From contig JBBIMI010000001.1 of assembly GCA_037444485.1 (NCBI GenBank), positions 1-64,000 of the forward strand: a stretch of 64,000 nt of DNA, in the 5' to 3' direction. The DNA comes from Candidatus Micrarchaeota archaeon (lineage in GTDB: Archaea; Micrarchaeota; Micrarchaeia; Norongarragalinales; Norongarragalinaceae). Each line of letters opens with the position of its first letter. Positions within the stretch are counted from its first letter, which is position 1. This document shows positions 29,362 through 40,111 of this stretch, piece by piece. Position numbers and translations under genes: made by a program. The notes beneath the pieces are model-generated. The model was not told the DNA's origin. It was given only the letters and a program-made list of their open reading frames with translations, and made no database searches.

Positions 29362-30345
29362 TCACCGCAAGCGAATAAAACGGTTTACTTCAACCTTCCT
29401 GTCGCGGCACAGTAGTGCCACGCGCGACTCAGGCTGCTCGTCACACAATTCGAAACCAGTTTCCGCAGCCAACTCGCGCGAGAAATCCAGTATTTCAGCG
29501 TGCGTGGGCATGTGCGCTTGAGTCAAACGCAGCACTGAACCCCCAACATTCATGAATGCTTTCGGCTCCACAAACCACGGTTTCGCGCGCTCCACGAGCC
29601 GCGCATACTCACGCGCGTGACTAAAGTTCAGTTCCCGCACTAGCGTCAAACGCATTACGGTCCGCGTTTTCCTGCCAAGTTCAGGAAGCAACTCGAGAGT
29701 TTCACCCAATTTTTTCCACGCGTTCCCCTCGATTGGCGCGAGCGTGCGCTTGCAACTCGCCTCGTCGAAAGCGCACGTGGAAACATACAATTGCGTCGGC
29801 AACGCGCGTTCACCCTCCAAACGCTCAAGCATTTCGGGCCGCGTGCCGTTCGTAACCAGAAACGTCGTAAAACCACGCTTGCGGAATTCCTTAATCAATT
29901 CAGGCAATTCTTCGTACAACGTCGGCTCGCCATCCAAACTAATAGCCGCGTGCTTCGGGTCTTGAGCCTCAACCCAAAGTTTCTTGACCGTCTTCAAATT
30001 CCCGGGAAACCCATTCAACAACTTCCGCTGGCCAACAATCGCGCCCTCAATCAACCCACTCGGTTCGTCGACTCCACCAACCCACGCGGGTTTAAACAAG
30101 CGCGAATCCCGCCAGCAGAAAGCGCAGCGTTGAGTGCAGAAAGGCAACGCTGGCGTGAATTGCAAGCAGCGATGCGAGTGGATGCCGTAAAACTTTTGCT
30201 TGTAACAAGAGCCTTCCCCGCGCAACGCTCGCTTCGTCCACAAACAAATTTTGACTGCGGAATGCTTTCGCTCGCCCACTAGAATGTACCCGGCTTTGCG
30301 AAGCCGCGATTGTTCCTCAACACTCAAAACGCTTTGAATTGACAT
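29362..30345 (-). CDS. taw1: 4-demethylwyosine synthase (radical SAM, TYW1/Taw1)
   Basis: CYKQKFYGI.SHRC.Q.TP, CTQRCAFCWR, HAAISLDGEPTLY, FVEPKAFM. Confidence 0.93.
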   Translation of the reverse strand: MSIQSVLSVEEQSRLRKAGYILVGERKHSAVKICLWTKRALRGEGSCYKQKFYGIHSHRCLQFTPALPFCTQRCAFCWRDSRLFKPAWVGGVDEPSGLIEGAIVGQRKLLNGFPGNLKTVKKLWVEAQDPKHAAISLDGEPTLYEELPELIKEFRKRGFTTFLVTNGTRPEMLERLEGERALPTQLYVSTCAFDEASCKRTLAPIEGNAWKKLGETLELLPELGRKTRTVMRLTLVRELNFSHAREYARLVERAKPWFVEPKAFMNVGGSVLRLTQAHMPTHAEILDFSRELAAETGFELCDEQPESRVALLCRDRKVEVNRFIRLR

Positions 30346-30390
30346 GAAAAATATTTGGGGAAACAAGTATTTCAATTTTTTTTAACGCCT

Positions 30391-30855
30391 TCAACGCTTG
30401 AGCAAGTGCCGCACGCGCGGAAAAATGAAGCCCGTGCGGTTACAGTAGTCTTCGAAAAGCGTGTTGAAGTGCTTCGCAAGCACTTTTTCTTCCTCCCACG
30501 CGCGCCAAACATGGCCTGGAATCGCGATTGCGAGCCAAGCCAGCAAGCCTGCAAACGACTCGAGAGCTATGTTTAAACCAAAAAGCGCGAGCAACGCGCC
30601 CGCGTAAATAGGGTGCCGCACGAACGCGTAAGGACCACTCATCACTAAAACGTGATTGCTTTGAACGCGCGGCGCGAGGGAATACTGTCTTCCAAGCCAT
30701 TGCTTAGACCAAAATATTACGAAGACGCCTGCGAAAAACAGCGTCAAGCCGACAACGCTAACCAAACTCGTGCTCAAAGGCCTGGTTGCGAAAGCTACGG
30801 TAACTCCTACCACGAACACGTCTAGAATCCAAGGCAACGCGTGAATGAAACGCAT
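30391..30855 (-). CDS. Isoprenylcysteine carboxyl methyltransferase (ICMT/PEMT) family protein
   Basis: LV.SGPYAFVRHPIY.G, EEE..L...F...FEDYC.RT...FP. Confidence 0.85.
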   Translation of the reverse strand: MRFIHALPWILDVFVVGVTVAFATRPLSTSLVSVVGLTLFFAGVFVIFWSKQWLGRQYSLAPRVQSNHVLVMSGPYAFVRHPIYAGALLALFGLNIALESFAGLLAWLAIAIPGHVWRAWEEEKVLAKHFNTLFEDYCNRTGFIFPRVRHLLKR

Positions 30856-30926
30856 AACCGAAAACCGTTTCCCGACGTTAAAGCGAAAAAAAGTTTTTAA
30901 TTGAAAGCCGTTTAAAAACATTTTCT

Positions 30927-31499
30927 ATGAAACGAAAACCATTGCACGCGTTCGGAATAGCGTTAATCCTGCTGGCTTCATTGATCTTGTTTGGGTGCGC
31001 AGCGCAGCAGCCGCAGCAACAACCGCAAGCAACACAGCAGCCTACACTCCAACAAACCATTCAACCAACACTGTTTCTGACGCCAACGCCGGCTGCTTCA
31101 CAAACATTGAAAGCAAGCGCGATTCCGCCGCCAACAACAAGCCCCACGCCAACAACAAGCCCCACGCCGACAGCAACGCGGCAAGTGTTGGCAGCAAGCA
31201 TAACCGCGCCAGCTGAAGTTGAACCAAACAAAGAATATCCAGTAACGCTTTACATCGAATCCCAGATTCAAAACGCTTCCAGTTACGTGAACGAAGTAAT
31301 ACTGTTCGACAACAGCATGGAAACCTACAAGAAAACTTACAACAACGTCAACTACGTCCGCGCTCCGCGCTGGAGCTTGAACATCAAAATGATTTTCACC
31401 GTAGACACGATGCTTGAACTCCGCGTCAAGAAGACTACAGGCGAAACAGCTACTGCATTCAAAACAGTTTCAGTAAACGCGCCTCCACTGGAACGCTAG
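30927..31499 (+). CDS. Predicted lipoprotein with Gln/Pro/Thr linker
   Basis: LILFGC lipobox-like motif, low-complexity linker, beta-rich domain. Confidence 0.7.
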   Translation: MKRKPLHAFGIALILLASLILFGCAAQQPQQQPQATQQPTLQQTIQPTLFLTPTPAASQTLKASAIPPPTTSPTPTTSPTPTATRQVLAASITAPAEVEPNKEYPVTLYIESQIQNASSYVNEVILFDNSMETYKKTYNNVNYVRAPRWSLNIKMIFTVDTMLELRVKKTTGETATAFKTVSVNAPPLER

Positions 31500-31522
31500 A
31501 ACGCTAAACGACGAAAACGAAG

Positions 31523-31984
31523 TCAACGCTTTTTCAAAACACGCAGCAATTCAGCCGCGTTGCTGGTGGAAACCACGAAATCCCGTCCACGCTTCAACTT
31601 CAAGCGAACTCCGCCGCCAAAACGCGTGCAGTACGCGGTGCTACCATCAAAACCCCACCTTATTCCTAAACCCCAGTAGTTCGGAAACTTGATTTCGCAC
31701 GCGCTTGCATCAACGATTTCCTTTAAAGGAATCCTGCGCGCAAGCAGCCCGTAACGCGCTTCAAAAAACTCTCGCGTTACTCGAATACGCAAGCACCAAA
31801 AGTTTAACGACACTATAACCAGGAAAACGAGGATTGCTATAGGCAGCCAGTAAAACGCGTTGCCGATACGCTTTGCGCTTGGCGGAAGCAAAACCAACTG
31901 CATCGCGAGAACTAAAGCAGCTGTTAAGAAAATGAATGGCGCTGCATGAAAAAATTGTTTTTCCTCAAAAACGATTTTCTCCAA
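31523..31984 (-). CDS. Membrane protein with PH-like C-terminal domain
   Basis: Two TM helices then RIPLKEI..., WGLGIRWG, VVSTSNA.EL. Confidence 0.7.
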   Translation of the reverse strand: MEKIVFEEKQFFHAAPFIFLTAALVLAMQLVLLPPSAKRIGNAFYWLPIAILVFLVIVSLNFWCLRIRVTREFFEARYGLLARRIPLKEIVDASACEIKFPNYWGLGIRWGFDGSTAYCTRFGGGVRLKLKRGRDFVVSTSNAAELLRVLKKR

Positions 31985-32659
31985 AAAAAATCACCCTCAA
32001 AATTTAAAGCATCAAAAAAACAAAATCTAAAGAATTTTAAGGATTAATGATTTAAAACCAAACGGCGTGAATAAAAAAACGTTTTCGCGTTACTAGCAGT
32101 AATCGCCGCAACAACTGTTCTAACTGCTTGCGTTCCCTTAAGCCCTGAAAACCGCGAAAAAAATTGGTAACGACGCTTGCAACGCCAGCCAAGTTTTCAA
32201 ACCAGCCAAAAAAAAACCATCGCTTAAACCCTCGCCAATCAAACGCTTTACACGACCGCGAGAACGCGCCGAAAACGATTCCTGTTCGCGCGAGTGCTCC
32301 TGCGCGCTTAAAGCAACTGCGAGGCACTGAAGCAACCGCGCATCAAGCGCGTCGCTCGGTTGCGCTGCAGCCGACTTCAAGCAATACATTACTTCAACGA
32401 TTGCTTCAACGCCGAAATAATGCGTAAAGAATTCGGTTACACGACTCGAAAGCAGTTTAAATCCAGGATTATTGGAGTTTTACTAAGAGTTTTACTGCAA
32501 TGGAAGATTAAAAAATATTCCAGCCAAAAATTCCAGTCAAAAATCAGTGCTTTTAAAAAGTAAGACCTACAACGCGGTAGTACTCCTCTTCAAACTTTTA
32601 CGAGTTTGAGAGCAACTAGAAACCCCTGCAGAAATTAAAAATACTGAAATTAAAGAGAG

Positions 32660-33175
32660 GTGAAAAACAAAACGATTCTTGCAAAGCACGAAATCCTCGA
32701 GCGCATAGTGCGCGACAAGCTCGTCGAAGGATTCGTTGACTTGAAGCGCCAGCTTCAGCCGGCAAGCATGGACTTAACCCTAGAAAGCGTTCACGCGCTC
32801 GAAGAAAAAGGCGCGCTTGACTTCGACAACACGCAGCGCGTAATTCCAAAAACCCGCGAGTTAAAGTTTAACGCGGACAATTGGCTCGACCTCGCGCCAG
32901 ACACTTACAAAATCCGCTTCAAGGAAACAATTCGTTTGCCGGACGACTTGAGTGCAATAACCTTATCCCGTTCTTCACTCGCCCGCTGTGGCGCGTTAAC
33001 GCACGCAGGCTGGTGGGACCCAGGCTACTGCGGACGCGGAGAAGCATTGCTTTCAGTCGGCGGTAAAGGCCTGCGCTTGAAGAAAAATGCGCGCGTGACG
33101 CAAGTTATTTTCTTAAAGTTGAACGACAAAGCACGCGAATTATACTCAGGAATACATAATAAAGAAAACATTTAA
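32660..33175 (+). CDS. dCTP deaminase / trimeric dUTPase family protein
   Basis: QLQPASMDLTL, SRSSLAR.G, WDPGYCG.G, RVTQVIF, YSG. Confidence 0.88.
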   Translation: MKNKTILAKHEILERIVRDKLVEGFVDLKRQLQPASMDLTLESVHALEEKGALDFDNTQRVIPKTRELKFNADNWLDLAPDTYKIRFKETIRLPDDLSAITLSRSSLARCGALTHAGWWDPGYCGRGEALLSVGGKGLRLKKNARVTQVIFLKLNDKARELYSGIHNKENI

Positions 33176-33189
33176 TGACGGTGTTTTAG

Positions 33190-33668
33190 TTGATTGGAAA
33201 ACGCAAGCTTGAAACCGAATGCAAGCTTCAAAAAGTGCGTGATACAGTAAAAAAACTTGCAGCGATTTGGATTGATATTACCACATTGTTCAGTAGCAAA
33301 ATACGCGAAAAAACTCGTGAAAGTCAAAGGTTTTGACGAGGAACTCGCAGAATTAGGCGGCTTGCTGCACGACATCAGCAGAATCAACTTTGAAACAAGA
33401 GAAAACCACGCGGGGTACAGGCATTCTAGACGCCGAGAAAATCCTTAAAGAACTGAATTACCCGCAAGAAGTAATCGATGAAGTCAAACACTGCATCGAA
33501 TCGCACAACGAAAGCAAAAACAGTCGAGCCCAAGACTGCAATCGCAAAGATAGTCGCAAACGCGGATGCGATTACTCGCTTCGACGCTATTCCGATACTA
33601 ATCCAACTCGGTTTGAAGCTAGAACAACGATGTTACTAAAGCAGTTGCATGGACTTAAAGCAAACTAA
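33190..33668 (+). pseudogene. Frameshifted HD-domain protein
   Basis: Fragments in different frames: VAKYAKKL...GGLLHDI...ENHA / GTGILDAEKILKELNYPQEVIDEVKHCIESH / PKTAIAKIVANADAI. Confidence 0.75.
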
Positions 33669-34077
33669 ACTAAAACTACGACTTTAAAAGAAGAAGATGA
33701 AGAACTTAAGAAAAAAGAAAAAAAGAAAACAAAAAAAAGAATTAAAAAGAAAACAAAAAATAATCAGGGAATTACTAGGGAGAACTGGAAGAGCTTGAGG
33801 AAGAACAGGAAAAAACAATTAAAGAAAAAGAAACGTTGAACGCGCTAAGCGCGTACGAAGATGGTTTTAAAGTGGCTAGCGTTGACTTTCTGTTCGCAAT
33901 CGACGACGTGATTATGGTAGTGGGCTTAATCCTGATTTTGTTTACTGGCGAACTAGTGTGGGGCGGACTGCTGTTCATCACTGGACTCGTCACACACTTA
34001 TCAGGATTCTGAAACCAGCAGTTCACTGGCATGGCGGCCTGCTCAAGTTTTTATTTCAGTCTACGCAATTTATTTGC

Positions 34078-34782
34078 ATGCTAGACTTTAATGCACTTAT
34101 CGACAAGTACTTGTACCGCGAGCACAAACCCAAACAAATAGGGCGTTACTACCCAAGCGAAGTCGGAAACTGTATCCGCAAAACATGGTTTTCGTATAAA
34201 TACCCGCAAGAGTTCGACGTAAACAAGTTACGCGTCTTCGAAATGGGCAACATCTTGCACGAGTACGTAATCAAAGTCTTTAAAAGCGAAAAAACGCCTG
34301 AAGTAAAACTCTTAAAAACAGAATTCCCCTTCCAACTTCCAGTAGACGATTTTACTATCAGTGGACGCGTTGACGACTTGCTTCTGCTTACAATAGAAAA
34401 CAAGGAACTCTTGGTTGAAGTAAAATCAACTAGCAGCATCGGCTGGATGAATAAACCCCAACCCAACCACGTAATGCAACTGCAATTCTACATGCACGCG
34501 ACTGGGGTGCACGACGGCGCGTTGTTGTACATCGAAAAAAACACGCTTCAAGCCAAAGTCTTTAACGTGCCTTTCACGCAGAACGCTGCAGACGAAGCTT
34601 ACGCCCGCTTTAAAGCGTTGCACGCATTCTTAAAGCACGATGAACTCCCGCCTGCGGAAGCCAAACTAGAGAAAGAAATCAACTGGTTCTGTAAGTACTG
34701 CGAGTACAAGCCAAAGTGTGACGCGGCCGGACTCGCGCAAACAGAACACGAGAAAGTCAAGCCGAGATGGACTAAAGCTTAA
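34078..34782 (+). CDS. Solo Cas4-like PD-(D/E)xK nuclease
   Basis: YYPSEVGNC.RK, G...H, ISGRVDD, VEVKS, QLQFYM, CKYCEY...C; ATG at 34078. Confidence 0.85.
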   Translation: MLDFNALIDKYLYREHKPKQIGRYYPSEVGNCIRKTWFSYKYPQEFDVNKLRVFEMGNILHEYVIKVFKSEKTPEVKLLKTEFPFQLPVDDFTISGRVDDLLLLTIENKELLVEVKSTSSIGWMNKPQPNHVMQLQFYMHATGVHDGALLYIEKNTLQAKVFNVPFTQNAADEAYARFKALHAFLKHDELPPAEAKLEKEINWFCKYCEYKPKCDAAGLAQTEHEKVKPRWTKA

Positions 34783-35021
34783 AACCAATAACAACTACAA
34801 CAAACCAACACAAACACAACTGGTTTCAATCAACTAAAACCAGCTGAAAACAAGGTAACGAGAAATAGAAATAGAATAACAGGCGCGAAACGTAGGCACG
34901 AAAAGGTGTTACCGAAACGCATACTTTGCATTACTTTGTAAAACAAATTACTTTGTAAAACAATTTTGAATCGCGTTGCTTGATTTATTTGGTATTAACT
35001 TGAATGCGTTTGACTCCACTA

Positions 35022-35519
35022 CTATTTTTGCTGGTTTTGTTGGTTTTGACCTTGTTTTTGCTTGAATCTCCACGTGTTTACGAGTGAAGTCCACTCGCTG
35101 CCGACGTGCTTCAACGCTTCCCCAAACCGGTTTGAAACAGAAAGCAGCATTTGATGCCGCTCGTCTTTAGTGCTTTGGCCGGACGGGTTTCGCCTGCTTC
35201 TGGCAAGCATTCCAACGCGCACGAGTTTGGGAATCACTAGATTTCGCAGCGTTGAGTTCGCAACCCCGTTTTCAAGCATCCACGCATTCAATTCCTGCCC
35301 TGAAACGCCTTCCCGCGTGCTTAAAAAATCTATGAGTTTCACCGCGATTTCGTATTGTTTTTTCTGTAGGTCTGGAGGGAATACTAGAGCTAGAACGTCT
35401 TTTGCTTCCCAACGCGCTTCCAAACTCATTGGAAGATCATCGTAAACGAATTTCAACGCGGTTTTTGAAGGAATTCCTCTAGAGAAAGGTGTTTTCAACG
35501 ATTCTGAAACGCGCTGCAT
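35022..35519 (-). CDS. Hypothetical protein, probable winged-helix fold
   Basis: STLRNLVIPKLVRVGML resembles a wHTH recognition helix and wing. Confidence 0.6.
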   Translation of the reverse strand: MQRVSESLKTPFSRGIPSKTALKFVYDDLPMSLEARWEAKDVLALVFPPDLQKKQYEIAVKLIDFLSTREGVSGQELNAWMLENGVANSTLRNLVIPKLVRVGMLARSRRNPSGQSTKDERHQMLLSVSNRFGEALKHVGSEWTSLVNTWRFKQKQGQNQQNQQK

Positions 35520-36181
35520 TTTTCACCAATTCCTTGAACACTAAACACCATGATGGTGGGCGGCATGATAACGAAAAACAAGAAAACAATTCAAGTATTT
35601 AAATATTGTTATGGTATATAAAAAATTGTGGAAGGCTGGTTTTCGCGTTTTTTTACCCTCTAAGAGCGCGAGAGGTTACTCAAGCCGCCCAAAAACACGC
35701 TACAATACCGTAACGATGTAACGTAGCGTTTATGCGGATGCACTAACTCGTTATCGTTATAGTGTATTTATTTCCTGTAAAACGATTAGTGGAAGTTAAT
35801 ACTAATTCAATATAATTCCAGTAATCGCACGATTTTTGTTTTCCTGTTTTCGAAACAATCGAATTCAAAAGAATTCAAAACAATTCCAGAATTCTTGCAG
35901 GTGCGACTCCAAAAAATTGGTTTAGAGAAATGAATGCAATCGAATGCGCGCACGTGAACCGGCACAAGAATCAGCAGAACCAGCACGTGAACCAAATAAC
36001 AACTGGCAGAAAAACAAGAGAGAAAACACGAAAAAGAAAACACGAAAAAAGAAGAAATCGGAATCAAGAATTAAGAAAATTGAAGCCTAGCCCAAAACAA
36101 AAAACAAGAAAATAGAAAAACAAAACAGAAAATAGAAAAACAAAAAACAAAAATTAGTTCATACCGCGATGAACTTATTCG

Positions 36182-36475
36182 TTACTCGATGTATTTTTGG
36201 TGTTTTAGCGAAAATAATCGCAATGGCTCGCTTTTTCGTGGTTTTATTTCAAGTAAAACGTTGGAAGTGCGCTTAGTTTTCGAAAAAGCAATTTTACGAT
36301 TTTTTTTGAAGAAATCAAGAAGAAGATGGAACGCTTCAGCGACGCTAGTCGCCTTTTCGTTATTCGCTTGAAGTTCGCCGGCCAAAGCATGGATTTTAGG
36401 AAAATCCTCTTCAAAAATTCGAATCAAACGTGTTTTTTTCTTTGCCTTTTGAGCCAATCCTCTTTTTTTCGCCAT
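36182..36475 (-). CDS. Small basic hypothetical protein (possible ribbon-helix-helix)
   Basis: KTRLIRIFEEDF..I..LA...SVAEA...LL; GGTGG RBS. Confidence 0.45.
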   Translation of the reverse strand: MAKKRGLAQKAKKKTRLIRIFEEDFPKIHALAGELQANNEKATSVAEAFHLLLDFFKKNRKIAFSKTKRTSNVLLEIKPRKSEPLRLFSLKHQKYIE

Positions 36476-37169
36476 TCAAACCACCATTTATATATTTACA
36501 AGATTAACATTTTAAATAAAGTAGATTTTGTTTATAAATTTATCTCTTATTAAGTGTTTTTTTATTTTATATTAATAAAATATAACTTTGTTGATGATGT
36601 AAATAAAATTTACAAAAATTAATGAATAATGGGTTAGAGAGAGTTCTATTGCTTTTGTTGTGATCGTATGGTTTTGTGCGTGAGTAGTTTGCGTAGATTT
36701 TAAATTAAATAATTAAATTAAATAATGTATTTTAGGGATTAAACTGCCTACTATGCAATTTTTCAAGTTGTTTTCCAAAAGTTTTTCAAAAAAATGCTTC
36801 GAATTGTGGCTATACCATAAATTATGAATTTTAGAAAAAATTGTTGAAAAAATCGCTGATTTAAAAAATACGTAGCCGCATTCGTATTGCTGTGTTTGAA
36901 AACAAAAGTTTTATCCAACATTTTGCATTAAAAATAATTCGAATTGAGAAAACTGTGAGAAAACTAGCTAAACCCAGAAAATAAACCCAGAAAACTGCCT
37001 ATTTTATTTTATTGTTATTTTGTTGTTTTTGTTGTTTTCGAGTTTAGGCAAAAGAATGCGTTCGAAATTCACTGAAATTAAATGAAAATAAATGAAAAAT
37101 TAATGGAAGTTGGGTCGGCGAGCGTTTAAATGCAGTTCTGCACACTGTATTCCTCATGGTGTATTTTTC

Positions 37170-39953
37170 ATGGAATTAGGTCTTTTCATGGAATTAGGTC
37201 TGCGTCCAGAGGTAATGCGCCTCGTCAAAGCAAAAGGCTTCACCGAATGGACTGAAATTCAGGAAAAAGCGATTCCACTCGTGCTTGAAGGAAAAAATAT
37301 TCTAGCAATAGCCCCAACTGGTTTTGGTAAAAGCGAAGTGGCTTTCTTAAGCATCTTGTCAAAAATCCTCGACGCACACGATGCAGGCGACAAACGCGGA
37401 ATTAAAGCACTATACATTACTCCGTTGCGTGCTTTAAACCGGGATTTGATGGAACGCTTATTGTTTTGGACGCGCGTGCTCGGAATTTCGCTTGCTGTAC
37501 GCCACGGCGACACTAGTGCGAGCGAGCGGGTAAAACAACGCGAGCAACCAGCAGAGCTTTTCATCACCACACCTGAAACTCTTCAATCAATGCTCGTAGC
37601 ACCTAAACTCAAAGACGCGCTCTCCAACGTCAAGTTCGTAGTAATTGATGAAGTTCACGAACTCGTCGAAAGCAAGAGGGGTTTACAGCTCGAACTCGGA
37701 CTTGAACGCTTGAGAGAAAAAGCACCGAGTTTTCAGACGATTGGGTTAAGCGCGACTATAGGCGACGAAAAGGAAGCTGCGCGCTTCGTTGCACGCAACG
37801 CGATAGTCGTGAAATCTAGTGTTGAACGCGGGTTGAAGGCAGGCGTCGAGTGCCCGGCGCAGCCGAAAACCGATGAGCTTGAAGAGTTGGGCGTAAGCAA
37901 GGAATCGCGGGCGAAACTCGAACGCGTTATGGATTTGATTGAAACACACTCGCGCACGCTATTGTTCGTAAATACGAGGTACGTCGCTGAATCACTTGGC
38001 AGCCTGTTGTTTGAAACGCGTTTGAAGGACGAGATTGCAGTCCACCACTCGTCGCTTTCGAGGGAAGCCAGGCTCGAGACGGAGAAAGAATTCAAGTCTT
38101 TCGGTGGAAAGCTGAAGACAATAATATGTACGAGCTCTCTCGAACTCGGCATCGATGTTGGAAGCATTGATTTAGTGATTCAATTCGTTTCCCCCAGGCA
38201 AGTGACGCGTTTTCTGCAACGCGTCGGGCGAAGCGGTCACAGCAAGCACTTGACACCCAAGGGTATTGTAATCGCTAACGACGCGCTCGACTGCTTCGAA
38301 AGCGCGGTCATCGTTTCCCGCGCGAAGAAAGGCTTGCTTGAACATCTTGAAATCCGTAAGAACGCGTTGGACGTCGTTGCACACCAGGCTGCTGGACTCG
38401 CGTTGGACTTCGAACAACTTACTGTCGATAAAGCTTTTTCGTTAATCAAACGCGCGCGTTCGTTCGAAACGCTTTCCATGCAGGAATTCATCGAAGTTTT
38501 AAAGCAGGCGAGCGACGCTGGAAACATTTCTTTCGACGGAACGCGTTTTTCAGCGAACAAGAAAACCAGGTTGTATTACTACGAAAACTTGTCGACGATC
38601 CGCGACGTGAGAAAGTACTTCGTGAAAGACGCGGACAAGCGTAAGAACGTCGGCGTTCTAGACGAAGACTTCGTTAACGAATACCTTTATCAGAATGCTA
38701 CTTTCATCGCAAGCGGTAGAGCTTGGCGCGTACTAAGCATTTCAGACGATGAAGTAGTGGTTGAAGCAACTCGCGACTTTGGAGCCGCGATTCCGGATTG
38801 GGTTGGTGAAGAAATCCCGGTAACGCGCGAAGTCGCCGAACAAACAAGCGAACTCATCGCGGAACTAGGCAATGCGAAAGAAAGTGAAGAACTAGCGCAA
38901 GAACTTTCTTGTTCGCAAGACGCATTGAAGAAAATGATTGAATTCGCGCGGGAACAAAAAAAATTCTTCGAATCAAAGGCCGGTGAGATAACAATTGAAA
39001 CCAACAAAAACTTTGCAGTCGTGCACTGTTTCGCTGGCACGAAAGCAAACGAAACTCTTTCCCGCGCGCTCGGCGCACTGCTTACCGCAAGCCTCGGCGC
39101 CAGCGTGCGAAGCAAAGCAAGCGCGTACGGCTTTCTCTTGGAATTCCCGAAAAACGTGGACGGTGAGAAACTCAAGCAAGCGCTGCAAGAATTGAGTGGA
39201 CGCAGCCTGCGGGCTATTCTTGAAAACGCGTTGCCGCACTCGACGCTCTTCCGCCACAAGTTCGTGGGCGTCGCGAAAGCGTTCGGAGTGCTGCGTAAGG
39301 ACAGCGAGTTGGGCGGCTTCGGCGTGCGCCGGCTCGTTGAAGCGTTGTGGGGCACGCCGGTATTCAAGGAAGCGTTGGAAGAAACTTTCTTCGACAAACT
39401 AGACCTGCAGACAGCTGCCGAAGCTTTGGGACAAAAAATCTCGTTGATTCAAGGCCGTGGCGAGTGGTCGCCTCTTGCCAAGCAGTTCTTCAACTACGGT
39501 GCTTTCAGCGAATTGATGGTTCCAGCAGAGCCGAATTCTCAAGTAGTCCAAGCATTCAAGCAAGAACTCTTGGAAAAACGCGTCCGCTTGTTGTGCGCTT
39601 ACTGCGGCAAGAAATTCGGGCGCACGCTCAGCGACGACCGCGTGCTTGCGTGCCCGTACTGTAAATCAACGCAGTTGACTCTAGAGGAATACGGTGAAGT
39701 GCTCGAGAAGAAAAAAAGGAAACGAGAATTAAGCGAAGAAGAAAAACGCGGGTTGCGTGAAGCCAAACGCGTAGTTTCGCTAATCGCAGCGTACGGAAAA
39801 CGCGCGTTGCTGGCGCTTGAAACGTTTGGCGTCGGACCCAAGAGCGCGTCGCGCGTTCTAGCGAGGCTTCATAAGACCGACGACGAGTTTTACGCGGACT
39901 TGCTGGAATCTCAAAAAAAGTTTATTAAAACAAGGCGGTTCTGGCGGTTGTGA
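37170..39953 (+). CDS. lhr: Lhr-like DEAD/DEAH-box helicase
   Basis: APTGFGKS, YITPLRALNRD, RHGDT, TTPETLQ, IDEVHEL, GLSAT, HHSSLS, TSSLELGIDVG, QRVGRSGH; C-terminal CxxC..CxxC; start at 37170 or 37188. Confidence 0.93.
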   Translation: MELGLFMELGLRPEVMRLVKAKGFTEWTEIQEKAIPLVLEGKNILAIAPTGFGKSEVAFLSILSKILDAHDAGDKRGIKALYITPLRALNRDLMERLLFWTRVLGISLAVRHGDTSASERVKQREQPAELFITTPETLQSMLVAPKLKDALSNVKFVVIDEVHELVESKRGLQLELGLERLREKAPSFQTIGLSATIGDEKEAARFVARNAIVVKSSVERGLKAGVECPAQPKTDELEELGVSKESRAKLERVMDLIETHSRTLLFVNTRYVAESLGSLLFETRLKDEIAVHHSSLSREARLETEKEFKSFGGKLKTIICTSSLELGIDVGSIDLVIQFVSPRQVTRFLQRVGRSGHSKHLTPKGIVIANDALDCFESAVIVSRAKKGLLEHLEIRKNALDVVAHQAAGLALDFEQLTVDKAFSLIKRARSFETLSMQEFIEVLKQASDAGNISFDGTRFSANKKTRLYYYENLSTIRDVRKYFVKDADKRKNVGVLDEDFVNEYLYQNATFIASGRAWRVLSISDDEVVVEATRDFGAAIPDWVGEEIPVTREVAEQTSELIAELGNAKESEELAQELSCSQDALKKMIEFAREQKKFFESKAGEITIETNKNFAVVHCFAGTKANETLSRALGALLTASLGASVRSKASAYGFLLEFPKNVDGEKLKQALQELSGRSLRAILENALPHSTLFRHKFVGVAKAFGVLRKDSELGGFGVRRLVEALWGTPVFKEALEETFFDKLDLQTAAEALGQKISLIQGRGEWSPLAKQFFNYGAFSELMVPAEPNSQVVQAFKQELLEKRVRLLCAYCGKKFGRTLSDDRVLACPYCKSTQLTLEEYGEVLEKKKRKRELSEEEKRGLREAKRVVSLIAAYGKRALLALETFGVGPKSASRVLARLHKTDDEFYADLLESQKKFIKTRRFWRL

Positions 39954-40111
39954 TTCTTGCTGTTGTAACTGTTAACTGCAAGCTCCGAAATTCTTTTTCC
40001 GCTTTCGCTGGCGCGGCGGCTCGCAAGTTTCAACGAATTCGTAATTTTCTTCGCTCGGCGGCTCGCGTTCTTCCAACTTTTTCTTGCGCACTTCAACTAT
40101 TTTCGGCTTCG

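Noticed and set aside
32052..32563. Several overlapping short ORFs
   Set aside because: No recognisable motifs or consistent frame; cannot support a gene call
33780..34012. Open frame encoding a two-TM peptide (…VIMVVGLILILFTGELVWGGLLFITGLVTHLSGF*)
   Set aside because: Protein-like but no convincing start codon or RBS; left unannotated
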